DNA from: a virus
Lineage: Duplodnaviria > Caudoviricetes
Reading direction: 5' to 3' (one strand)
Virus record (IMG/VR): IMGVR_UViG_3300028007_000002
Coordinates: 1-61,501 of that record
Length of the DNA stretch: 61,501 nt
Made by a program: the position numbers and the translations under genes. Positions within the stretch are counted from its first letter, which is position 1; each line of letters starts with the position of its first letter. Shown here in pieces: positions 44,145-51,997 of this stretch. The notes below the pieces were generated by a model, which saw nothing but the letters and a program-made list of their open reading frames with translations, ran no database searches and was not told where the DNA came from.

Positions 44145-45893
44145 CTAAGCAGTTGGCTGAACAGAGGTGATATCCTGCCGGACGTACCAATACTCACCGA
44201 CCCGAATGGCCTTCAGCCGGCCTTCGGTGACCCTCCGCCAGAGGCGGCCATACCCGATGCCCGTCTGGCGGGCGAGCTCTGGTAGGCTCAGCAGACGGTA
44301 CTGTGTGCTCAGTCGGAACGAATCAATGTGATTGCAGTCATTGCGGTAATACGAAGTGTCCGCAATACCAGTGGAGCTTTCACCGGCCGGCCGCCTAAAT
44401 CGGTAGCGCGGGTTCAAATGGTACTCGCCGCGCCGACTGGGTTCCACGATCACCTTCTCGACCAGCAACTCCATGAGCATCCGCTTGGTCTCCGGCGTGG
44501 CCTTGTCAGCCTTCCCCTGCAACGCGGCGAGGAGTTCAGCCACCCCGCGGATTCGTGCCTTCTCCTCCTCTCGCTGAGCCCGCGCGTTCTCCAAGACCAG
44601 TTTGCGGCCGGCCAGATCATCCCGCTCCCGAGCTGAGGCGATCAGTTGCGCCTCCCCCTCAGCCTCTGAGATGAGCCCCTTCCTAATCAGCGAAATGACA
44701 CGGGAGCGCTCAGCCTCCACCCGCTGGAGTGCCCGGCTCAGGGCATCAAGCTCGGCCTCTCCTTCCGCGCCGGTCAGGTCATTGACCTGCGTCATCAGTT
44801 TCGCGACCAAGTCGCCTGGCCGATCAATCCAGTCCCGAATGTCCGACCAGACGACGTCCTCGACGAGTTCCACCCGGACATCGGGATTCGGACAGCGGTA
44901 CTGACCACACCGGTAGTAGGCGATGTGATTCTGGTTCGTCTGAGTCAGGCCAGAGTACCGCCGACCACAGATACCGCAATCAATCAGGCCGCGCAGGAGG
45001 TACAGCCGCTTGGCGTTCCTTGATGACATTTTCCAGTTCAGCGGGCGCAATTCCTGGGCTCGATCCCACGTCGCCCGATCGAGGATCGCTGGGACCTCCT
45101 GAGTAATGGTCTGTTTGCTCTTACTCTGGCGGCCGATGCGGCGCTCGCCCATATACGTCGGGTTCTTCAACATCATGAGGACCCGTGTGTGATCCCAGTG
45201 GTCTACGAGCTTGATCCGCTTGCTAGTGATCCCTCGCCGGGTGCTTTGTGTCGCCACTCCCAATGCATTCAGCCGCTCAGCGATGGCATAGGCGCTGAGC
45301 CGCTCTTCGTTGTACCAACGGAAGATCTGCCGAACGATCTCCGCCTCTTCTTCATCAATGACTAACTTCTGATCAAGGACCCGATAACCGAGGGGAGCCC
45401 GACCTCCTGTCCAGTATCCCTCCCGGGCCTTTCGCCGACGGCCAAGGCTGGAGCGCTGGACGATAGAGTCGCGCTCATAGGCGGCCACCATGGCCAAGAT
45501 GCCCATGACGAACTCGCCGAAAGGATTGCTCGTGTCAAAGGGTTCCGTGAGGCTCCGAAATGCAACGCCGCAGCGTTTGAGTGCATCGTGGGCCGACAGG
45601 ATAATCATGCCCGTTCGGCCGATGCGGTCCAGTCGGTAGACGACCACCTGCTCGAACTGGCCCGCCTTGGCATCGGCGAGGATGCGGGCGCCGGCCGGCC
45701 TCTGCTCGATGGGAATCGTGCCGGGAACGCCGTCGTCGAGGTATGTCCCGACGATCGTCATCCCGAGTGCAGGGCAGATCGCATTGGCCGCTTCGATCTG
45801 GTTCTGGATCGACTCACGTTCGATCTGATCTTCGGACGAGACGCGGGCATAGAGAGCCACCCGCGGGGATGCGGGTGGTGATACACTGGACAC
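44145..45893 (-). CDS. large serine recombinase (integrase) with C-terminal excisionase-like HTH
   Basis: ALYARVSSEDQ, YRLDRIGR, PLGY, LKNPTYMG, CGICG...YYRC zinc ribbon, coiled coil; AGGAGG before GTG. Confidence 0.93.
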   Translation of the reverse strand: MSSVSPPASPRVALYARVSSEDQIERESIQNQIEAANAICPALGMTIVGTYLDDGVPGTIPIEQRPAGARILADAKAGQFEQVVVYRLDRIGRTGMIILSAHDALKRCGVAFRSLTEPFDTSNPFGEFVMGILAMVAAYERDSIVQRSSLGRRRKAREGYWTGGRAPLGYRVLDQKLVIDEEEAEIVRQIFRWYNEERLSAYAIAERLNALGVATQSTRRGITSKRIKLVDHWDHTRVLMMLKNPTYMGERRIGRQSKSKQTITQEVPAILDRATWDRAQELRPLNWKMSSRNAKRLYLLRGLIDCGICGRRYSGLTQTNQNHIAYYRCGQYRCPNPDVRVELVEDVVWSDIRDWIDRPGDLVAKLMTQVNDLTGAEGEAELDALSRALQRVEAERSRVISLIRKGLISEAEGEAQLIASARERDDLAGRKLVLENARAQREEEKARIRGVAELLAALQGKADKATPETKRMLMELLVEKVIVEPSRRGEYHLNPRYRFRRPAGESSTGIADTSYYRNDCNHIDSFRLSTQYRLLSLPELARQTGIGYGRLWRRVTEGRLKAIRVGEYWYVRQDITSVQPTA

Positions 45894-45917
45894 GCAGGCC
45901 TCCTGATCAGGTCTGCC

Positions 45918-45955
45918 GCCCCGGCGTGAGTGCGAGTCAGCCGGGGCACTTTTTT
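45918..45955 (+). terminator. hairpin upstream of integrase (terminator-like on + strand)
   Basis: GCCCCGGC...GCCGGGGC followed by ACTTTTTT. Confidence 0.5.
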
Positions 45956-46024
45956 CTATAGTGTCGGGAGTCCCGATCGGCGCCCTAAAGCTGCGGCTGA
46001 GGAGCGTTCCCTTACCTCCTCTGA

Positions 46025-46210
46025 CTACCAGATCCGGATTCCGAACAGGCTGGCCCGCACCCCTCGCCGCCCCACTGTCACCCGATTATTCCTGCCGCCG
46101 GCGGTCACCGAGACGCTCTTCTTGTTCACGTTGAGTCGGACATTTTTCCGGACCTTCTTGGACGTTGGACGCGATGGCTTCTTGGATTCCTCGAAAAGCC
46201 AGCCGAACAT
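46025..46210 (-). CDS. DUF4236-like small basic protein
   Basis: VRLNVNKKSVSVTAG...VTVGRRG; GGAGGGAG RBS. Confidence 0.6.
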   Translation of the reverse strand: MFGWLFEESKKPSRPTSKKVRKNVRLNVNKKSVSVTAGGRNNRVTVGRRGVRASLFGIRIW

Positions 46211-46221
46211 GATCTCCCTCC

Positions 46222-46983
46222 TCAGCACGCGCCCCATAGACCGGCCCCATTCGCCCGAGCCTCGGCTTGTGCCGTGCGATAGAGCCCCTGCCGTTGATAG
46301 GCTATGCGGAACGTGTATTCCCGCGCCTGCCCCTCCCGGATCATCCATTCACCGACGTCCCACCAGCCGAAACTCGGGTCTTCATGCCAGAGATAGCGCA
46401 GTAGTCGGCCATAGGCGTCCCGATCGTCCTGCGTGAAATCCCTCTCGATCCAGACCCATTCGCCCTGCACCCAGTTCTGGAGAGTCGCCGCGGACTCGAG
46501 CGCGTAGCATTGCCGGGGACTGAGTTCCGGCGTGTTGATGCCAACAATCCGCACCCGCTCGGTAGCCCCTGACGGATAGAGCGACACGTCAACCGTGTCG
46601 CCGTCGATGACGCGCGTCACCATCGCCCAGCCATCAGGGACAGATGCGGCAGCGGCCGGCCTTGGTGTCGCAGTTGCGGCCGGTCGGGGAGTCGCCGTGG
46701 CAGCCGGCTGGGCCGGTTGAGAGGGCGAGCTCGACCGATTGACCGGAGTCGGATCGCAGGGGCATCGATTGGACTCGCACGCGATGCCGTCTCGGTCGGC
46801 ATCAAGGTTGGCCAGCCCCACCGGGTCAGCGCGATAGGCAGCCTGCGCTGCTGCTTGGCTTGAGAACGACGAACAGGTGACACGCTGGGCGTCGACGACT
46901 TGGGATGGGCTATAGACCGGCATCAGGACGATGGCCAGCGTGAAAAGGGCAATGATGAGTCGGCGCATGATGTTCTTCCTCAT
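46222..46983 (-). CDS. secreted thermonuclease (SNase) with Excalibur Ca-binding domain
   Basis: Signal peptide; CSSF...LDADRDGIACE; VIDGDT, VRIVGINTPE, DAYGRLLRY, GLWGAC. Confidence 0.88.
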   Translation of the reverse strand: MRKNIMRRLIIALFTLAIVLMPVYSPSQVVDAQRVTCSSFSSQAAAQAAYRADPVGLANLDADRDGIACESNRCPCDPTPVNRSSSPSQPAQPAATATPRPAATATPRPAAAASVPDGWAMVTRVIDGDTVDVSLYPSGATERVRIVGINTPELSPRQCYALESAATLQNWVQGEWVWIERDFTQDDRDAYGRLLRYLWHEDPSFGWWDVGEWMIREGQAREYTFRIAYQRQGLYRTAQAEARANGAGLWGAC

Positions 46984-47004
46984 GGTTGATGGGGTACTGG
47001 GTAC

Positions 47005-48162
47005 CTATCTACCGGACTGATAATCCGCCCAAGCACGCCGCAGCGACAGATGGACGTAGACGCCGTCCTCCCGACCTGTGAGAACTCGCTCAAAATTTCG
47101 TTGGTTGAAGTTCGGCCAGTTGATACCACCTGCGGTGCGGCGCGAAATGGTGATCTTCATGGCCACGTTGGGAGATGAGTTACCCCGAACGTCTGTGAAA
47201 TCGGAAAAGGCGCGTAGTTCGAGAACATCCACACCTTGGACTTGAAAGGCTTTCGGGATGAACTCCTTCGCCTTCATGGTCGCCGAACGGATCGCCATTG
47301 ATTCATCCCATTGGGCGCCGAGGTTGTAATCCACGGTGGCATACCGGACGACCTCGTCGCCGGGACGCGGCTCGGAAGCGTCGGTAGCTTCCTGTTCCCC
47401 GCTGAGAATCCGCTCCAAGTTGGATAGGTTGATGGGGGTAACCTTGGCCGATCGAAGATCACCACGGAACTGATCACGAGCAACGCGGGAGAGAACATCG
47501 CTGGGGCTCGGGGTGTTCGTCGGCTCCGGAGTGCTGGTTGGGGTGGGTATGTATCGCACCATCTCGGCATCGACTTCAGCTGAAGGGTATTCCTCTTGGA
47601 TGGTGCGCAAATAGTTGAGAGCCACCACGCTGTAGCCGGTGTCACCTGCTCGAGTCGCGGCATTCCAGAGGGCGGCTCGGTGTTTCTCCGCCCACTCAGG
47701 TTCGTCCGGGTATTGGCGCTTCAACTGATTGGCTATACGGATCGCGCTCTCCCAGTCGGACGATTCCCACGCCGCAACCAGCATTGTGATCATCGAGTCC
47801 TTCGACATGGCGGTTGCCGTCGGGATCGGTGTCTCCGTTGGCTGAGCTTGGGCGGTCGTTTTCACGGCAGTGGAGGCGGCGGTGACGTTGGCAGCTACTC
47901 GAGTGCCGGAGCGGCCACCCAAGCTGCTGATGGCGGCCAGACCAATACACCCAACCACGAGGAGCCCGAGACAGCCCACGACAAAGGGGTTGCTTCGCCA
48001 ATCGCGCCGGCGAACGGTTGACTGCACCGGCTGTGCAGCCGGCCCGATGGTTCGTTCCTGCACCCCCGCCGGTCGCTTCAGGTCAAAATTGCACTCTTCA
48101 CAAACTTGCCGGTCCGGACTGTTCAGATGCCCGCACGCCAAGCACTCAATACGGTCCGCCAT
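47005..48162 (-). CDS. membrane protein with N-terminal zinc ribbon (moron)
   Basis: CLACG...CEEC, TM segment, PT-rich linkers. Confidence 0.65.
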   Translation of the reverse strand: MADRIECLACGHLNSPDRQVCEECNFDLKRPAGVQERTIGPAAQPVQSTVRRRDWRSNPFVVGCLGLLVVGCIGLAAISSLGGRSGTRVAANVTAASTAVKTTAQAQPTETPIPTATAMSKDSMITMLVAAWESSDWESAIRIANQLKRQYPDEPEWAEKHRAALWNAATRAGDTGYSVVALNYLRTIQEEYPSAEVDAEMVRYIPTPTSTPEPTNTPSPSDVLSRVARDQFRGDLRSAKVTPINLSNLERILSGEQEATDASEPRPGDEVVRYATVDYNLGAQWDESMAIRSATMKAKEFIPKAFQVQGVDVLELRAFSDFTDVRGNSSPNVAMKITISRRTAGGINWPNFNQRNFERVLTGREDGVYVHLSLRRAWADYQSGR

Positions 48163-48253
48163 TCCAGTGCTCCCCTTAAAGACCTAGGGGTTTCCCTAGG
48201 TAGAACTCTTAATCAGCCTTCCAAGCCGGACACGTTGTATAGATCACGTCTTG

Positions 48254-48733
48254 TTACATAGCCTGCTCCCAAAAAATCGGGCCATTCCGCCCGTTTGGTG
48301 TCGCTCCCGTGAGGTAGGCCCATCTCCGTATGCACCGCCACGGTAGATTGGCTGCATAGGCCAATTGATCGCAGGTAGATCCCCGCGGCGGATGGCCCAG
48401 ATAGAACCACCCTGCGAAGACGTTGGCCTGTCGTTCCTGTTTATCGACCAGAAGCGAATTAGTCTCCATCAGCTTTAGCTGATCGCCACGGTGCATCCGC
48501 TGATGGCCAACTGCATGAGCCTTGATCCACGGACGCCACTCGTGCGGGATAAAGCTCGACAAGATAATCAAGCGTCGGCCGATGAATAGCTCGAGCATGG
48601 GCAAGGGTAAGTGCCAGTATTTAACTTCGACGTCGAGGTAATCCAGTGCTCGATCGATGTCGGAGCTATGAAGAATCCCTACGAAGCCAAGTTTCTGCCT
48701 GAGTTCCATAGCTTTGCGCTTGGGATAGTTCAT
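48254..48733 (-). CDS. ImmA/IrrE-family metallopeptidase-like protein (HEXXH Glu absent)
   Basis: AHAVGH..MH...ERQANVFA; ATGA-coupled to the repressor gene. Confidence 0.75.
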   Translation of the reverse strand: MNYPKRKAMELRQKLGFVGILHSSDIDRALDYLDVEVKYWHLPLPMLELFIGRRLIILSSFIPHEWRPWIKAHAVGHQRMHRGDQLKLMETNSLLVDKQERQANVFAGWFYLGHPPRGSTCDQLAYAANLPWRCIRRWAYLTGATPNGRNGPIFWEQAM

Positions 48734-49092
48734 GACGTAGGGTCGTTCTCCTCATCTCTCGGGCGTGTGGCCTTCAGTGTATCCACGAACGCGGCAAGTG
48801 CCCTGCGCTCTTCGCGGGTCAACCCCCGGATCTGGTACATCATCAGGTCTAACTCCGGGTCATCGTCAGGCATCACCCGAGATGGCGTTAATCTCCCCCA
48901 CAGGTCATCCGGGTCAACATCCAAGGCATCAGCGATCTTGACTACGACCTCATAGCTGGGCCGAATGCCTTTCTCATTCTCGAGCTCGCTGAGATAGGAC
49001 TGGCTGACCGACGCAGCCATAGCAAGCTCTTCTTGAGTCAGCCGCCGGCGACGCCGCATCTCCCTGACTGTTCGCCCGAACGATTCCGCCAT
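48730..49092 (-). CDS. XRE-family phage repressor (ImmR/CI-like)
   Basis: LTQEELA...VSQSYLSELEN...PS...KIADALDV. Confidence 0.9.
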   Translation of the reverse strand: MAESFGRTVREMRRRRRLTQEELAMAASVSQSYLSELENEKGIRPSYEVVVKIADALDVDPDDLWGRLTPSRVMPDDDPELDLMMYQIRGLTREERRALAAFVDTLKATRPRDEENDPTS

Positions 49093-49145
49093 ATCGACAT
49101 TCTAATATCGCCCGCACGATTTTGGACTATCTGTGTTGGGAGGGA

Positions 49146-49174
49146 TTGACAAGGGCGAAGACGGGTATTATCAT
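49146..49174 (+). promoter_or_regulatory. rightward promoter of the genetic switch
   Basis: TTGACA-N17-TATCAT; ATATCG repeated nearby (49091, 49105, 49179). Confidence 0.7.
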
Positions 49175-49196
49175 AGCGATATCGGAGGGGCGAACT

Positions 49197-49454
49197 ATGA
49201 TCATCGACAAGGCGATTTTGAAGCAGCGCGAACTCGGAATGCTGGACTTCCAGTTCGCTGAGCACATCGGCGTCAGCCAGGCCCACTGGTCGGAGCTGAA
49301 GAACCGCAAGGCAAAGCCAGGCCTTACGTTCCTCCGTGGACTGGCCACATCTTGCCCCGATCTGAAGGATGATTGTCTCCTTTTTTTGGCGGGAAATATC
49401 GCTGATAACGAAGATTCTGCCGCTACAGCGATTCCCTCGACGGAGGGCGCCTGA
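49197..49454 (+). CDS. Cro-like HTH protein
   Basis: FAEHIGVSQAHWSELKN; divergent from repressor; GGAGG RBS. Confidence 0.75.
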   Translation: MIIDKAILKQRELGMLDFQFAEHIGVSQAHWSELKNRKAKPGLTFLRGLATSCPDLKDDCLLFLAGNIADNEDSAATAIPSTEGA

Positions 49455-49792
49455 TGGTCACTCAAACCCGCCCCAGCCGAATGGATCGCTCCCGCGACAT
49501 AAATCTCCTCGCGGTCAGCTACCTCGGCAACGACCAGTTCTCGGTCCCGAGCGCCACTCGGAACGGCAGCTATCTGGTCGACGTGGCCCGGCGGACCTGT
49601 GAGTGCGTCGATGCCCAACGGCACCCCGACCGGCCTTGTAAACACCGGCTGACGGTCTCTGTTTGCCGGGAGTGTGGCGGCCAATGCGTCGCCCACCTGG
49701 CCTACATCGGCGGTCAGGGTTACCGGCCGGTCTTGTCCTGTGTGGCCTCGGATTGCGGTTGGGGCTCACGGCTCCGAGATGACTGGAGCTAA
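49454..49792 (+). CDS. SWIM zinc-finger protein
   Basis: VPS...YLVD...CECVD...PCKH. Confidence 0.75.
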   Translation: MVTQTRPSRMDRSRDINLLAVSYLGNDQFSVPSATRNGSYLVDVARRTCECVDAQRHPDRPCKHRLTVSVCRECGGQCVAHLAYIGGQGYRPVLSCVASDCGWGSRLRDDWS

Positions 49793-49986
49793 CTGATGGC
49801 CGAACGCCAGCCGCGCCAACCCCAGGTGACCGTCACTGTCCGAGCCGAGTACGCGCCGGACGAAGAAAGGTGCCTTGAGGCATTGCGCTACCTTTTAAAC
49901 CAGCCGAAGGGGGGTGATCGCCCAACCGACCAGGGGACCGGCACCACTGATGAAACGGCCGCTTAGGGCCGATACCACAGGGGGGA

Positions 49987-50250
49987 ATGATGCGCGATCC
50001 GTTACCGGATCGGCGGAAGAAGCCGCCGATCGACACCATTCAGGGTCTGGTCGAGAACCAGACCTGTGTCCTGCTGAACGTCCGGGATTACCTGATGGCC
50101 GGTGATGCCGCGGCGGCCGCCGCGGCCATTGAGAGCGGGCTGGCCGAGAACCGGATCATCCGACGGTACCTCCAGAAGGGTGAACTCCGAGAGGTGACGA
50201 TCCGGGAGATCCGGCGCGAGAGGATGCGCCCGACCGCCGAGGCAGCGTGA
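49987..50250 (+). CDS. hypothetical protein
   Basis: Co-directional ORF ending in a coupled stop/start. Confidence 0.5.
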   Translation: MMRDPLPDRRKKPPIDTIQGLVENQTCVLLNVRDYLMAGDAAAAAAAIESGLAENRIIRRYLQKGELREVTIREIRRERMRPTAEAA

Positions 50251-50738
50251 TGACGACAAAAAGAAAGCCGGCGAGCGGCGCAAACGCTCAGCCGGCAGAG
50301 ATCTACCAGCACCCGAGGGCTAGCAACCTTCAGGGCTCAACGTCATTGTACACCCAGCCGATCGACCTGTGGGAGAGGAGGTCACACGGCGGGCGGAGGA
50401 TCCGCACGATGCCGCTGTCGCTCTCCTTGGTTGGCACCCATTTTCGCAATCTCGAAAGCCGCCTGACGCAGTTCACGAAGACCTCGATGCACGACTGCCC
50501 GGCTGATGACCCGCTGGGCTGCGACTGCCGGCGCGTGCGCCACGGCTACCCACCGGTTCAGTGCCAGCTCTGCGGCGAGTACCCGCGCTGTCTCGCTCAG
50601 CGCGAGCTGATCGGCCGGTCGACCGAGACCTACGGCCGGCGCGAGATTCTGGTTCCGGACTGCTGCGAGCTGGTCATCGAGGAGGTGTTCCTCGTGGCCG
50701 GTGTCACGCCCATCGAAGGAAAGGAGAGTGCGGCATGA
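50247..50738 (+). CDS. hypothetical Cys-rich protein
   Basis: GTGA/ATGA overlaps. Confidence 0.5.
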   Translation: MMTTKRKPASGANAQPAEIYQHPRASNLQGSTSLYTQPIDLWERRSHGGRRIRTMPLSLSLVGTHFRNLESRLTQFTKTSMHDCPADDPLGCDCRRVRHGYPPVQCQLCGEYPRCLAQRELIGRSTETYGRREILVPDCCELVIEEVFLVAGVTPIEGKESAA

Positions 50739-50917
50739 CTCATTTCCCGGTGAAACACGCGGCCTGCTGTCGCGAGTGCCGGCGCGCCCGGCAGTTGGTC
50801 CGCGATGCGGCCACGAAGCCCGAGTGGATCGAGTGGCCGGTCTGGACCGTGGTGTTCCTGAGCGTTGTGCTCGCGGCGGCCGCCGGGTTTCTTCTGGTTT
50901 CTCCCCGTCTCGGCTAG
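50735..50917 (+). CDS. small membrane protein
   Basis: AAGGAG RBS; C-terminal TM segment. Confidence 0.5.
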   Translation: MTHFPVKHAACCRECRRARQLVRDAATKPEWIEWPVWTVVFLSVVLAAAAGFLLVSPRLG

Positions 50918-51024
50918 CCCGAGGCACTTTGTGGCAGGTGTCGGTTGGTGGCCTCCGGCCGGCATCTGCCAAACACGGAGCGTGAGGCGTGTTGGTACAC
51001 GCGGGCCGGAGGGTCCACCAAACC

Positions 51025-51112
51025 GGAGTGCGCAGGACACCCTAGCCGGACAAGTGGCCATCAGTCCGGCTCAGCATCCGTGGCCAAACCAGTTCGACTC
51101 TGGAGCGCTCCA
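51025..51112 (+). ncRNA. tRNA-like element (non-canonical)
   Basis: Acceptor-like stem GGAGTGC/GCGCTCC plus A; T-arm CCAG-TTCGACT-CTGG; no canonical D or anticodon arm. Confidence 0.5.
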
Positions 51113-51265
51113 CCGGCCGACGGACACACGAGTGTCCCGGCTTAGCAATAAGTGACCTGTCGTCCTCTGCGAGGCTGCCTATGAGCTGAGAGTGCGCGAA
51201 CTGAAGTAACGAGAGGCGGGGCCAGCGGCTCATACGGCCCCGCCTCACCAGCGCTGAAGAGGAAG

Positions 51266-51997
51266 GTGATGAACGACGTCAAGGCTTTGACGGAGGCGCT
51301 GTCAAAGCCCTTCCCGAAAGAGGCGATCAAGAAACGCGAGGGGGCTCGCGGGAAAATGCTCGACTACGTTGAGACGCACACGGTTATCCACCGGCTGATT
51401 GAGGCGACCGATAACCAGTGGTCGCTGTCCGTCAATCGGCTGGAAAAGCAGGGCAACGTCCTGGTGGCGGTGGTCGAGCTAACGATTCCGGGGCTGGGCA
51501 CCCGGAGTCACATCGGCGTCCAAGCGGTGGCCGAGAAGAGTGGCGAGGATTTGATCAAAGGCGCGATCAGTGACGGCCTTAAGAAGGCCGCCACATTATT
51601 CGGCGTTGGCCTGGAGCTTTACGGTCCGGACTACGAGGGAATAGCCGAGTCCAAAAGTGCCGCCACCACTCCGGCCCGACCCGCTCCGGCTCCGCCGAGC
51701 GCCCCTCCCGTCAACCCCCCGGCCCAGAATGGGCACACGCCCTCGGGCAAGGGATCGGCGCTCGCCGGAAATACGCTTGATGACGTCTTCGGCCCGTCGC
51801 CGAATACACTGATCCAGCGTGATCAGGCGATCGAGATCTGCGACCTGCTTAAAGAGACTGGCGCGAACGTCGAGTCGTTCAAGAGGCATTTCGGGATCCC
51901 CGCGATTGAGGACCTGACCATTGAGCAGTATCCCGAAGCTCGTCGAATGCTCCTGACGAAAGCGGCCAAACTGGCTCAGAACAGGACAGGACGCTGA
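51266..51997 (+). CDS. Rad52/Sak-like single-strand annealing protein
   Basis: LSKPFP...LDYVE...VIHRL...KGAISDGLKKAATLFGVGLELY. Confidence 0.85.
   Translation: MMNDVKALTEALSKPFPKEAIKKREGARGKMLDYVETHTVIHRLIEATDNQWSLSVNRLEKQGNVLVAVVELTIPGLGTRSHIGVQAVAEKSGEDLIKGAISDGLKKAATLFGVGLELYGPDYEGIAESKSAATTPARPAPAPPSAPPVNPPAQNGHTPSGKGSALAGNTLDDVFGPSPNTLIQRDQAIEICDLLKETGANVESFKRHFGIPAIEDLTIEQYPEARRMLLTKAAKLAQNRTGR

Noticed and set aside
51025-51114. Canonical tRNA gene
   Set aside because: No proper D-arm or 7-nt anticodon loop, a mismatch at the base of the T-stem, and it ends ACCG rather than CCA; kept only as tRNA-like.
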